NCBI RefSeq assembly: GCF_964213995.1
Contig: NC_135825.1
Location: 51,088,001-51,152,000, forward strand
Reading direction: 5' to 3'
DNA: 64,000 nucleotides
Origin: Mustelus asterias
Lineage: Eukaryota
The notes beneath the pieces were generated by a model. It did no database searches. It saw only the letters and a list, made by a program, of their open reading frames with translations, and was not told the origin of the DNA. Made by a program: the position numbers and the translations under genes. This document shows positions 40,005-52,560 of the stretch, one piece after another. Each line of letters opens with the position of its first letter. The first letter of the stretch is position 1.

Positions 40005-41602
40005 ACTATACACTGTGACTGTGAATTCAGAGTGTCTCTGGTTACTATACACTGTGACAGTGAATATGAAGAGTGTCTGATCACTATGCACTGTGACAGC
40101 TCGAGTGACGATTCCGTCTGTCCATTATTTATAATGAACCTGGTAAGGTGTTTTTTCTAAAGACATTGATGATTTCACAGAAATACTAAATAGAGGAAAG
40201 CCTTGTGTCCTTGTTTGTGATGTTCTTGCACATGGCAGCCACGGATGTCAGTCTTGTGTGTCTGCTATGTTTGGTCCACTTAATAAAATCCTCTCACTTC
40301 CACTCTTTGATTTTTCTCCTTACTTTATAGATCTTAATTATTTCAACTTTTACTGTTACCTTTACCATTTCATTTCACTAAAGAATAGCATTTGTTATTA
40401 TTTTAGTCAGTTTTTGCAGCACAGATGTCAATCTCTTCATACCTTTTCCATTCATTTATGCTGTGTCCTCCCTGCTGCCTTGATTTACTGACATGTATTT
40501 TGCATGACTCACTTGGGGTGGCTTTCACTTCGTTTCTGAAATTCACAGGATGCCATAGCTCTGCCCTTGCCCAATCGTGCCAATGAGAGGCACGAGCCAA
40601 GCTGGAAACTCAAAATTCCAAAATCAGTCAAGACGTTCATTTGTGTCAAAGTTCAGAACAGATGCCTTTAATCTCCTTATTTTAATTCTTTTACAAGGGT
40701 GATGATATTTGATGTAAGGAGCTGGGCTGCATTGATGGCAAGCATCATGGCGAGAAGCTTTCCCAGATTGAAACCCTCATCTCCTCTGGGTTGGCTGCCT
40801 ACATGAGTGAGCCAAGGTGTCACAATTAGCCTCCTGGCGCAGCTTGTAACTGGATAGCTCAACCAGGAATCCCGTTCCTGCTCTCTATCCATTGACTCTG
40901 GCTGGGGTATGTATTTATGTGGAAGTCATGTGAAAATTGACTCACTCAAAGCTGAGAGTAACCCTACTGTCGCAACACACTCCACCCCAATACACCACCC
41001 CCATCCAACACCCCCACCCCACTCCCCATCTGCCCCCGCTGCCAACACCTTACTGTCCAGTCTGATGCACTACAATTGGTCATGCATCATTCAGGACATG
41101 ATGGGAGAAAACAGATTAATTCTGCAAAATTGTCCATAAGCTTGTTAAAACCGACTATGATATGATGTGTAATCAGTTGAGAAAACATCCAATTATAAAC
41201 AATGATTAAGAGGCCATTAAAGTATCTTACTGATCACTAATAATAGGTTATACGAACCTGATTTCTTTGTGAGCTGCAGCTAAATCACACATACATACGC
41301 AGACACACACGCTCACACACACACAAAACCACTTTCCAGTGCGTGTACAGGCAGGCTAAGCTGCAAAAGAACCCGACTACTTCAAAGGTCTCAAGGTTTT
41401 TCATAATAATGACCATCCCCCGTAAACTTTCTCTGGAAAATTCCACCCACTTGTGATAGGCCCAAACCTCCTCACTGTGTAAAAAAATGAAATTAGCTGT
41501 GTGGTGTGACTAAACAACAGTGACATTAGGAAGAAAAAAAAAGGAAATGAATAAAAAAGAAAGACAACAAAAAAAATGCTAAGAAAGAGAGACATGTACC
41601 AA

Positions 41603-41797
41603 AGTCCAAAGATGTGCGGGTTAGGTTGATGGGCCATGTTAAAAATTGCCCCTTAGTGTCCTGAGATGCGTAGGTTAGAGGGATTAGTGGGTAAAATATG
41701 TAGGGATATGGGGGTAGGGCCTGGGTGGGATTGTGGTCGGTGCAGACTCGATGGGCCGAATGGCCTCTGTACTGTAGGGTTTCTATGATTCTATGAT
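41603..41797 (+). mobile_element. HE1-type V-SINE, 3' half
   Basis: agtccaaagatgtgcgggttaggttgat...gtgcagactcgatgggccgaatggcct...tttctatgattctatgat. Confidence 0.9.
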
Positions 41798-42018
41798 GTA
41801 GTCATCATGTTGTTCCTGTTGGTAACCGAGCTGTCATTGTTGTATTTTACGTACATGTTCTCTAGCCCCTTATTGTCATACATTCCACTTCCCTTCAGTT
41901 CTCTCTGCTCCACTTTTTGTGGAGGTATATTTGAAAACCAATGCAGAAGCTAATATCTCCTCTAATTCCTCACCAAGTAGCTGTTTCTCATGTGTTGGCA
42001 CCAACTAGCAATCAAAAG

Positions 42019-42084
42019 AGGCCTTGTGGCACAGTGCTAGCGTCCCTACCTTTGTACCAGAAGCTCTGGGTTCCAGTCCAACAA
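42019..42084 (+). mobile_element. tRNA-derived SINE head, continued at 46342-46405 after the Penelope insertion
   Basis: A-box-like gtggcacagtgc and B-box-like gggttccagtcc; the sequence resumes as ttcaagtccaacaccaggac at 46342. Confidence 0.6.
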
Positions 42085-43585
42085 CAGTAAGAAGTCTCAC
42101 AACACCAAGTTAAAGTCCCACAGGTTTATTTGGTAGCACAAGCTTCTGGACTGTCGCTCCTTCTTCAGGTGAGTGAGGAGTTGTGTTCACAAACAGGGCA
42201 TATAGAGACACAAACTCAATTTACAAGATAATAGTTGGAATGCGAGTCCTTACAGGTAATCAAGTCTTAAAGGTACAGACAATGTGAGTGGAGAGAGGAT
42301 TAAGCACAGGTTAAAGAGGTGTGTATTGTCTCCAGCCAGGACAGTTAGTGAGATTTTGCAAGCCCAGGCAAGTCGTGAGGGTTACAGATAGTGTGACATG
42401 AACCCAAGATCTCGGTTGAGGCCGTCCTTATGTGTGCAGAACTTGGCTATCAGTTTCTGCTCAACGATTCTGCGTTGTGTGTCGTGAAGGCTGCCTTGGA
42501 GAACGCTTACCTGAAGATCAGAGGCTGAATGCCCGTGACTGCTGAACAGAACACTCCTGTCTGGTGATAGTCGAGCGGCGTTCATTCATCCATTGTCGTA
42601 ACGTCTGCATGGTCTCCCCAGTGTACCATGCCTCAGGGCATTCTTTCCTGCAGCGTATCAGGTAGACAACATTGGCCGAGTCGCAAGAGTATGTACCGTG
42701 TACCTGGTGGATGGTGTTCTCACGTGAGATGATGGCATCCATGTCAATGATCCGGCACATCTTGCAGAGGTTGCTGTGGCAGGGTTGTGTGGTGTCGTGG
42801 TCACTGTGCTCCTGAAGTCTGGGTAGTTTGCTGCGGACAATGGTCTGATTGAGGTTGTGCGGTTGTTTGAAGGCAAGAAGTGGGGGTGTGGGGATGACCT
42901 TAGCGAGATGTTCGTCTTCATCAATGACATGTTGAAGGCTCCGGAGAAGATGCCGCAGCTTCTCCGCTCCGGGGAAGTACTGGACGATGAAGGTTACTTT
43001 GTCCGCCATGTCCCATGTTTGTCTTCTGAGGAGGTTGGTGTGGTTTTTCGTTGTGGCACTTCGGAACTGTCTATCGATGAGTCGAGCGCCATATCCTATT
43101 CTTATGAGGGTGTCTTTCAGCATCTGTAGGTGTCTGTTGCCATCCTCCTTATCTGAGCAGATCCTGTGCATACGGAGAGCTTGTCCGTAGGGAATGGCTT
43201 CTTTAACGTGTTTAGGGTGGAAGCTGGAGAAGTGGAGCATTGTGAGCTTGCAGTACAGTGAAGTGCTGAGGTGACCGTCCTTGATGGAGATGTGCGTGTC
43301 CAAGAATGCAACCGATTCCGGAGAGTAGTCTATGGTGAGTCTGATGGTGGGGTGGAACCTTTTGATGATATCATATAGTTGTTTCAGTGATTGTTCGCTA
43401 TGAGTCCAAAGGAAGAAAAAGTCATCGATGTATCTAGTGTATAGTGTCGGTTGAAGGTCCTGTGCGGTGAAGAGGTCTTGTTCAAACCTGCGCATGTTGG
43501 CATATTGAGGTGTGAATTTGGTCCCTATGGCTGTTCCATGTGTCTGGATGAAGAACTGGTTGTTGAAGGTGAAGAAGTTATGGTC
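42085..43585 (-). mobile_element. Penelope (Neptune-type) inverted arm: RT C-terminal half + GIY-YIG + terminal repeat
   Basis: ORF 42518..43732 contains GTAIGTKFTPQYAN, YTRYIDDFFF, PCHSNLCKMC, NVVYLIRCRKECPEAWYTGET. Confidence 0.93.
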
Positions 43586-46341
43586 ATCAGGCGAATGAAG
43601 CTGCGGGAGCTCTTCCACAAACCCCAAGAGGCCAACAGTGAACACAATGAGACAGCCAATGAACCGGAACAGCCGACAGAGAGATCTGCGGTGCAGCAAC
43701 CCGAAGAGGAAAGAGTTGAATCGGGGCGGCACGGTAGCACAGTGGTTAGCACTGCTGCTTCACAGCTCCAGGGACCTGGGTTCGATTCCCGGCTTGGGTC
43801 ACTGTCTGTGTGGAGTTTGCACATTCTCCTCGTGTCTGCGTGGGTTTCCTCTGGGTGCTCCGGTTTCCTCCCACAGTCCAAAGATGTGTGGGTTAGGTTG
43901 ATTGGCCAGGTTAAAAATTGCCCCTTAGAGTCCTGAGATGCATAGGTTAGAGGGATTAGCGGGTAAATATGTAGGGGTAGGGCCTGGGTGGGATTGTGGT
44001 CGGTGCAGACTCGATGGGCCGAATGGCCTCCTTCTGCACTGTAGGATTTCTATGATTTCTATGATTGGACTCCTCCGGAAGGCCGCTGCCCTTGCCTTGA
44101 CTTGTATGCCCAAGCCAGCAGGAGGTGTGTCAATGCCAGATTCATCAGCCGCACTCACAAGCCAGCCGTGAATGTCACCAAGCACAACGCAACACCATCC
44201 ACGCTCCCAAGACCAACCGCAACATTGTCATCAAACCAGCAGACAAAGGAGGGGCCACTGTCATACTGAACAGAACGGATTACTACAAAGAAGTGTACCG
44301 ATGACTGAAGAACAAGGAACACTACAGACAGTTACCCACAGATCCGACCAAAGAACACATCCATCAACTCAACAGACTGATCAAGACCTTTGATCCGGAC
44401 CTTCAGAGCACCCTCCGTGCTCTCATCCAACGTACTCCCCGCGTTGGAGTTCTCTACTGCCTTCCGAAGGTATACAAGGCAAACACACCCGGCCGTCCCA
44501 TCGTACCAGGCAATGGGACCCTGTGTGAGAACATCTCCGGCTACGTCGAGGGCATCCTGAAACCCATTGTACAAAGAACCCTCAGCTTCTGTCACGACAC
44601 TATGGATTTCCTACAGAAACTCAGCACACATGAAGCAGTTGAACCAGGAGCACTCCTCGTCACAATGGATGTCTCGGCACTCTACACCAGCATCCCTCAC
44701 AAAGATGGCATTGCTGCAACTGCCTCAGTATTCAACGCCACAATTGCCAATCTCCAGATGCAATTCTACAACTCATCTGCTACACCCTGGACCACAACGT
44801 CTTCACCTTCAACAACCAGTTCTTCATCCAGACACACGGAACAGCCATGGGGACCAAATTCGCACTTCAATATGCCAACATTTTCATTAACAAGTTCGAA
44901 CAAGACCTTCAACCGATGCTATACACTAAATACACCGATGACATTTTCTTCCTTTGGACTCATGGCGAACAATCAGTGAAACAACTATATGATGACATCA
45001 ACAAGTTCCATCCCACCATCAGAGTCACCATGGACGACTCTCTGGAATTGGTTGCATTCTTGGACACACGCATCTCCATCAAGGACGGACACCTCAGCAC
45101 TTCGTTATACTGCAAGCCCACGGATAACCTCACTATGCTCCACTTCTCCAGCTTCCACCCTAAACACGTTAAAGAAGCCATCCCCTATGGACAAGCCCTC
45201 CGTAAACACAGGATCTGCTCAGATAAGGAGGATGGCAACAGACACCTACAGATGCTGAAAGACACCCTCATAAGAACAGGATATGGCGCTCGACTCATCG
45301 ATCGACAGTTCCGACGTGCACAGCGAAAAACCGCACTGACCTCCTCAGAAGACAAATACAGGACACGGCGGACAGAGTACCCTTCGTCGTCCAGTACTTC
45401 CCTGGAGCGGAGAAGCTACGGCATCTCCTCCGGAGCCTTTAACATGTCATCGATGAAGACGAACATCTCGCCAAGGCCATCCCCACACCCCCACTTCTTG
45501 TCTTTAAACAACCGCACAACCTCAAAACAGACCATTGTCCACAGCAAACTACCCAGACTTCAGGAGAACAGTGACCATGACACCACACAACCCTGCCACA
45601 GCAACCTCTGCAAGACGTGCCAGATCATCGACACGGATGCCATAATCTCACGTGAGAACACCATCCACCAGGTACACGGTACATACTCTTGCAACTCGGC
45701 CAACGTTGTCTACCTGATACGCCGCAGGAAAGGATGTCCCGAGGCATGGTACATTGGGGAGACCATGCAGACGCTACGACAACGGATGAATGAGCACCGC
45801 TCGACAATCACCAGGCAGGAGGGATCTCTTCCTGTCGGGGAACACTTCAGCAGTCACGGATTTTCAGCCTGTGATCTTCGGGTAAGCGTTCTCCAAGGCG
45901 GCCTTCATGACACACGACAACGCAGAATCGCGGAGCAAAAACTGATGGCCAAGTTCCACACACATGAGGACGGCCTCAGCCAGGTTCTTGGGTTCATGTC
46001 ACACGATCTGTAACCCCCACGACTTGCCTGGGCTTGCAAAATCTCACTAACTGTCCTGGCTGGAGACAATACACACCCATTTAACCTGTGCTTAACCCTC
46101 TTTCCACTCACATTGTCTGTACCTTTAAGACTTGATTACCTGTAAAAACTCGCATTCCAACCATTATCTTGTAATTGAGTTTGTGTCTGTATATACCCTG
46201 TTTGTGAACACAACTCCTCACTCACCTGAAGAAGGAGTGACACTCTGAAAGCTTGTGCTACGAAATAAACCTGTTGGACTTTAACCTGGTGTTGTAAGAC
46301 TTCTTACTGGGCTTACCCCAGTTCAACGCTGGCATCTCCCC
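43584..46341 (+). mobile_element. Penelope (Neptune-type) forward arm: N-terminal region, RT, GIY-YIG, terminal repeat; interrupted by a V-SINE
   Basis: RRMKLRELF, WTPPEGR (after the SINE), IKPADKGG, MDVSALYTSIPH, YTDDIFF, NVVYLIRRRKGCPEAWYIGET, VGEHF; several frameshifts. Confidence 0.93.
43722..44065 (+). mobile_element. HE1-type V-SINE, full length, nested in Penelope
   Basis: Complete head, core and tail with tttctatga repeats; splits the Penelope ORF. Confidence 0.93.
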
Positions 46342-46559
46342 TTCAAGTCCAACACCAGGACTAGTTGGTCATGGAAGGAGTGTCCATAATGTGGTTTTTA
46401 CAGGCTGATAACCAACTTGGGAATCCTTCCACTGTTCCCTAAAAGGAAAAAAAAAGTGTGTGAAGATACAATTTATTTTATTTCGGGAATGTAAAGTCCC
46501 TAAGACAAACAATTTATCCCAATTTATACTGAAAGGGACTATCAGATGGTTGCTTGCCA

Positions 46560-47215
46560 AAGAGGCACAATAAATTGTACGGGGAGTCCTGCTGTGGTGA
46601 GTGCAGATAGGCCTTCAATGAGTCTGTGGATCGGACATTCTTCTATGATGTGGTGTATAGTTTGCTCTCTCCCACAGGTTCATAGGAGGCTGGCACTAAA
46701 GTTTATTTATTATTGTCACAATTAGGCTTACATTAACACCGCAATGAAGTTACTGTGAAAATCCTCTAGTCGCCACACTCCAGCACCTGTTCAAGTACAC
46801 CGAAGGAGAATTTAGCATGGCCAATGCTCCTAACCAGCGCATCTTTTGGACTGTGGTAGGAAACCGGAACACCCAGAGGAAACTCACGCAGACAAGGGGA
46901 GAATATGCAGACTCCTAACAGACAGTGGCCCAAGCCGGGAATTGAACCCGGGTCCCTGGAGCTGTGAGGCAGCAGTGCTAACCACTGCGCCACCGTGCTG
47001 CCCTTTGGTACCCCATTGGTTGGCCAAGCAGAGTCCATGGCCAGTCCTGAACCTGATGAGGGTGAACCACTCTTCCCTTGGAAGGTTGAAACCAGGCAGC
47101 TGTTGGGTTGGGTTTGAGACCAGATACTTGTTTGTCATTTCCAATGATTTCCGTTCATTTGTCCAGGTGGAATTTGCGTTGAAGTTCTGTGTGGGGTTGG
47201 CCTTCTGATGGGATT
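46560..47215 (-). mobile_element. RTE-type LINE 3' end interrupted by a V-SINE
   Basis: NPTQQLPGFNLPREEWFTLIRFRTGHGLC followed, beyond the SINE, by CGREQTIHHIIEECP. Confidence 0.7.
46697..47003 (-). mobile_element. V-SINE tail type B, full length
   Basis: Same head and core as HE1 but with tail ...gtggcgactagaggattttcacagtaacttcattgcggtgttaatgtaagcc..tgtgacaataataaataaac. Confidence 0.9.
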
Positions 47216-47432
47216 GGCCAACCTTAGGTAGGCTGAATAGATCAGGAGGAAGTAGCAGGTGAGGGGCATTGCAAACTTTTTCTGTCACTAACATAAAAAA
47301 ACAGCGATCAAAAGCTAATATCCTGGATGATTTTTACCTTTTCCTCCCACAGGGATCTAGTGATATCTGAAAGTTCCTTTAACACTAACTAGACTCAGAC
47401 CAACCACTTCATAAATCACCACAGGTCAAATC

Positions 47433-47510
47433 TACCTGTTGAGTATCCTTTATCCAAAACCCTTGGGGCCAATTGCAGTTTGGATTTCAGATCATTTTGA
47501 CTTTAGGATA
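47433..47510 (+). mobile_element. TcMar-Tigger-like terminal inverted repeat fragment
   Basis: acctgttgagtatcctttatccaaaacccttggggcc..gtttggatttcagat resembles the Tigger/MER46 end as recalled; partner end not found. Confidence 0.45.
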
Positions 47511-47844
47511 TCACATATAAACTTACGTTGCAATATCCTAAGCCTAGTGTTGCAAAGTTGAGTTAGTGAAGTTGGAATGTGATGTTGATAAAGATGTAAA
47601 AAATTGTAAAAAAATGCTGGAGGAGAAAAACATTGCGGTATCCCTTTAACAGCTGGTGTTTTGTTTCAGTGTTTGGAGGTTTAAAATGCAAAGTACATCC
47701 AGGGCCCAAACATTTGTATCAAGAAGCCAAGCAGTAGTCTTGACAAGGCAACCTGTTTGTGTTTGAATTCTGCTCAGTTAATTTAGAGCAGGCACTCGGC
47801 TACCAAGAACCTAAACCTCCGCATCGTAACACTAATCTTAAAAT

Positions 47845-48103
47845 AGTTTATTTATTAGAGTCACAAGTAAGGCTTACATTCACACTGCAATGAAGCTACT
47901 GTAAAATTCCCCTATCTGGCGCCTGTTCAGGTCAATGCACCTGACCAGCATGTCTTTCAGACTGGGAGGAAACCGGAGGACCCGGGGGAAACCCACGCAG
48001 ACACAGGGAGAACGTGCAGACTCCACACAGACAGTGACCCAAGCCAGGAATCAAGCCCAGGTCCCTGGCACTGTGAGGCAGCAGTGCTAACCACTGTGCC
48101 ACC
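47845..48103 (-). mobile_element. V-SINE tail type B
   Basis: Head, core and type-B tail on the minus strand. Confidence 0.88.
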
Positions 48104-48341
48104 CCTAGCTAGTCTCGCTACAGTCTGAAGTAAATAATATGGCTCGGAAAGTAAGATGTACCACTGAATAATTAATACAGGAAATAAGTAAATTTCTTTT
48201 TGACATGTTCACCACAAAAATCTCAAGGTAAAAAGTGCAGACAAATAACTAGATTCCCCGCACTAAAGGTCGACAAGGTTCAATAAAAGTGCGGTAGTGC
48301 ATTCTTCAGATTTCACTTGATCTGCATTAGTAATGGTGTTT

Positions 48342-48530
48342 GTTTAACTCAGTTGGCTGGGCGGCTGGTGAGTGATGCCAACAGCGCAGGTTCAATTCCC
48401 GTATTGGCTGAGGTTATTCATGAAGGTGCCACCTTCTCAACCTTGCCCCTCCCTGAGGTGTGGCAATTCTCAGGTTAAATCACCACCAGCCTATGGTTCT
48501 CTGGGACCATGGTGACTTTACTTACTTATT
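48342..48530 (+). mobile_element. tRNA-derived SINE, family D
   Basis: A-box-like taactcagttgg, B-box ggttcaattcc, tail catggtgactttacttactt. Confidence 0.6.
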
Positions 48531-48929
48531 AATGGAGAGCTGTGCACAGAGCCATCGGGGAAGATGTGAAGCCTGGTTTTTATATAGGACTAGTTCGCTA
48601 GGCCAAGGTCAGTGAAAAGGACTCAGAGTGGCTCAAGGTTAAGGAATGGAGTCCAGAGCAACTGGGACTAAAGGTCAGAATGCGGAGTTGTCCAAGAGCA
48701 GGGGTTATGGAACAACAGGTCTCAGGTTGGAATGGAGTTTATAAATTCAGGTTTTGGTGAAGGATGTACCAACCAATGAGATTAATGGTCTTATGATGAT
48801 GATCGGTCCTTAGCAATAGCTTCAACTCACAGACAAATCAGATCCTTTGATGACACATGGATGGACTCAAGATTTTCCATAATACCAGTGGATCTCTCCT
48901 GACGCTGCACTCCATTGATCAAAGAAATA

Positions 48930-49610
48930 ACTTGCTTTAATATTAAACTTTTCACATCCAAATGCATTTTACTGATCATTTATTTTTTTGAAAGTACAGC
49001 CACTGTTGTTTTTAGTATAGTCAATTTATGCACAGGAAGGTCTGAGAAACCGCTGCAGAATTAATGAGTATTTAATTTATTTGTGAAGGTGAGGGGGAAA
49101 TGCTAAACCAGCACAATCTCCCTCATCTTCTTCATATCATGTCACAGGATCCCTTACACCCACCTGAGTCAAACAAGCGATTTATTGTTTGATCCAGAAT
49201 GTAGCATTTCAAACAAAGTAGCACTCCCTCACTGCTGGACTGAATGATCAGCATAGATGATGTACTTAGTTTATTTATTCGTGTCACAGTTAGGCTAACA
49301 TTAACACTGCAATGAAGTTACTGTGAAAATCCCTAGTCACCACACTCCGGTACCTGTTCGGGTACACTGAGGGAGAATTTAGCATGGCCAATGCACCTAA
49401 CCAGCACGTCTTTCGGACAGTGGGAGGAAACCGGAGCACGCAGACGTGGGAGAGCGTGCAGACTCTGCACAGGCATTGACCCAAGCTGGGAATCGAACCC
49501 AGATCCCTGGCACTGTGAGGCTAACCACTGTGCACCGTGCTGCCCAATGGGGCTTGAACCCTCAACCTTTTGACTTAGAAGTACGAGCGCTATTACTGAT
49601 CCAAGTCAGG
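48930..49610 (-). mobile_element. Deu-domain SINE interrupted by a type-B V-SINE (49267-49545)
   Basis: ggatcccttacacccacctgag...gcactccctcac...gcatagatgatgtactt before the insert and ggggcttgaaccctcaaccttttgactt after it. Confidence 0.65.
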
Positions 49611-50424
49611 TATTTCATTAATTCACAAGTACCAGAATTTACAAGTACCTAAAACATACAGTGCATTATTCTGTTACTAAAGTGGATTTGTGTTTAAGGA
49701 GGCCTGTATCTAAGGCCACTAAGTCCTAAAGGCGTAAGTAAACATGACCTAAGGTCAATCAGAGTTTAGCTGCTATTTGGTGAGGGAAGTTTGAGGATTA
49801 AGGTGCTTATAAATGTTTGGTTTCATGTAGGAAAAATAGTCTTCCCTTTTCTCTCTTAGACACCCTCACACTTCAGTGTCTGGATTGTGGCTTCTGAGTT
49901 GTGCTGTAATGACATGAAATGTACTGACCGAATTGCTACATATTACACTTATCTTCAATCCTGGTCACCTCTTGCTATAGGGTTGAATTACCAGTTAGAG
50001 GCAGCCTAAAGATTTATTCAAACACAAAATCCAACAAGTTTCACACCCTCAACCATCTATTGCTCCCATTTATGATGTCACAGTACTGGAATTTCCTGAT
50101 GTCACATGAATAAGGAAGGATTCTACGCAAAACATCAGCTTCAGGCTGTATCCCATTAACCCTGAAGCATTACGCAGTGTAATGAGGAATGTTTACGAGA
50201 ATTAGCTAAATGCCCTTTGCCTCAAATAATTGAAATTATGGAAGAATTCTCGAATTCTGCCGAGTTAAGATTCAGGCTGGAATCTTATCACCGTTCACGC
50301 CGTGGGATTTTCCCATCCTGCTGCAGTGAGCAGAGGTTAGTTTGGCCGCCAGATTCTCCGACTTCGCTGCAGTGGGAGCGTGGCATGAACAGCAGGTAAG
50401 ATCGTGCCCACTGTTTTACAATCA

Positions 50425-52560
50425 CCAGTGTCTCACACGCCAGCCTGACTTGGAACTGTATCTCTGCTTCTTCACCGTCACTGGGTGAAAAGCCTGGAAT
50501 TTCCTCCAAACAGCACCGTAGGTGTACCTACACCACATGGACTGCAGCGGTTTAATGGGGCACCTCACTGCCACCTTCTCAATTAAGGATGTGGCCTTGC
50601 CAGATGTCCATGTCCCTTGAATGGATAAAGAAAGTGCCCATTCACCAGGCATGAAGATACTGTTGAGCCTTGCTAAGTTGCTGCAGTGCATCTTGTATAT
50701 GGTACATACTGTTGCCAATGTGCATCAGTGGTTCAGGGAGTACAAGTTGGAGCTGGTGATTGGGGTGCCAAACAAGAGGGCTACTTTGTCCTGTATGGAG
50801 TCGAACCTTTTGAGTGTCATACTCTAGACAAGTAGCGAGTATTCCATTACATTCATCTTCCTTTGTGCTAGATATTCCCATTGATGCTAGGGTTCCTGAT
50901 GACACACTCAGTCAAATGTGACCTTGATATCAAGAGCAGTCACTCTCACCTCACCTCTTGAGTTTAAGTCTTTTGTCCATGTTTGGACGAGGGTTGTAAT
51001 GAGGTCAGGAGCTGAGTGGCCCTGGAAGAACCCAAACTGGTCGTCAGTGAGCAGGTTATTGCTGAGTGAGTGCTGTTTGATAGCACTGTTATTGACCCCA
51101 TCCATCACTTTACTGATGATTGAGGGTAGACTAATGGGGGCAGTAATTGGCTGGGTTGGATTTGTCCTGCTTTTTGTGAATCGGATATACCTGTGAAATT
51201 TTCCACATTTCTGGGTAGATACCAGGGTTATAGCTGTACTGGAGCAGCTTGGCTAAGGGTGCTGTTAGTACTGGAGCACGTCTTCCGTAGTATTGCTGGA
51301 ATATTGTCAGGGGCTGAGTGCCTTTGCAGTATCCAGTGCCTTCAGCTGCTTCTTGATATCACGTTGAGTGAATCGAATTGACTGAAGGCTGATGATGGGG
51401 GTCTCCAGAGGAGGCCGAGATGGATCAACCATTCGATGCTTCAGCTTTATCTTTTGCACTGAGGATGGGGATATTTGTTGAGCTTCCTCCTCCAATGAGT
51501 TGTTTAGTTGTCCACCACCATTCACGACTGGATGTGGCAGGATTGCAGAGCTTAGATCTGATCTGTTGGTTGAAGGACCACTTAGCTCTGTCTAATGTAT
51601 GCTGCTTATGCTGTTTGGCATGCAATTAGTCCCATATTGTAGCTTCAGCAGACTGATTTTTTGGTACATCTGGTGCTGCTCCTGGCATGCCCTCCTGCAT
51701 TCTTCATTTAACCAGGATTGATCCCCCAGTATAGAGGGAGATATGCCGGGCCATGAGGTTACAGATTATGGTTGTTTCTAATTCTGCTGCTGCTGGTGGT
51801 CCACAGCACCTCATGGATGTGTAATCTTGAGTTGCTAGATCTATTTGAAGTCTATTCCATTTAGCTCAGGGGTAGTGCCACACAACATGATGGAGGATAT
51901 CCTCAATGTAAAGATGGGACTGCGTCTCCACAAGAACTGTATGGTTGTCACTTCTACTGATACTGTCATGGACAGGTGTGTCTGTGGCAATGATTGGTGA
52001 GGACAAGGTCAGGCAGGTTTTCCCCTTTTCTTTGTTCCCTCATCACCTGCTGCAGACCCAATCTAGCAGTTAGAATTCAGCTAACTTGGTTTGTGGTGGT
52101 ACCACCAAGCCACTCTTGATGATGGACATTGAGGTCCCCCCCCCCCAGAGTATATTCTGTGCCCTTGCCACCATCAATGCTTCCTCCAAGTGGTGTTCAA
52201 CATGGAGGGGCGAGGGGGTGGGTTGGGGTAATTGGTAATCAACAGGAGGTTTCCTCGCCCGTGTTAAACCTGATGCTATGAGGACTCCCATGGTAACTTC
52301 CACCCGATTGTCTCCCATGTCACTTCTGTGTCTGTCCTGTTACTGAACACTCCCAAGGATAATGATGTCTAGGACATTATCTGTAAGGTACAATTCCATG
52401 AATATGGCTATGTCAGACTGTTGCTTGACTAGTCTGTGAGACACCTCTCCAAATTTTGGCAAAACCCCCCAGATATTAGGAAGGAGGACTTTGCAGGGTA
52501 GAGATCTGGTCTTTGTTATCATTTTTGGTGCTTAAGTCAATGCCAGGTGATCTGTCTGCT
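50425..52560 (-). mobile_element. Decayed LINE of the CR1/Jockey superclade (EN, RT start, C-terminal piece); 3' end at 50425-50635 is on the plus strand
   Basis: LLTDDQFGFFQGHSAPDLITTLVQTW..VTALDIKVTFD, SSREWWWTTKQL, LDTAKA, VCTIYKMHCSN. Confidence 0.8.

Noticed and set aside
43722-43800. tRNA genes at SINE heads
   Set aside because: A/B boxes run straight into the V-SINE core, with no complete cloverleaf or terminator.
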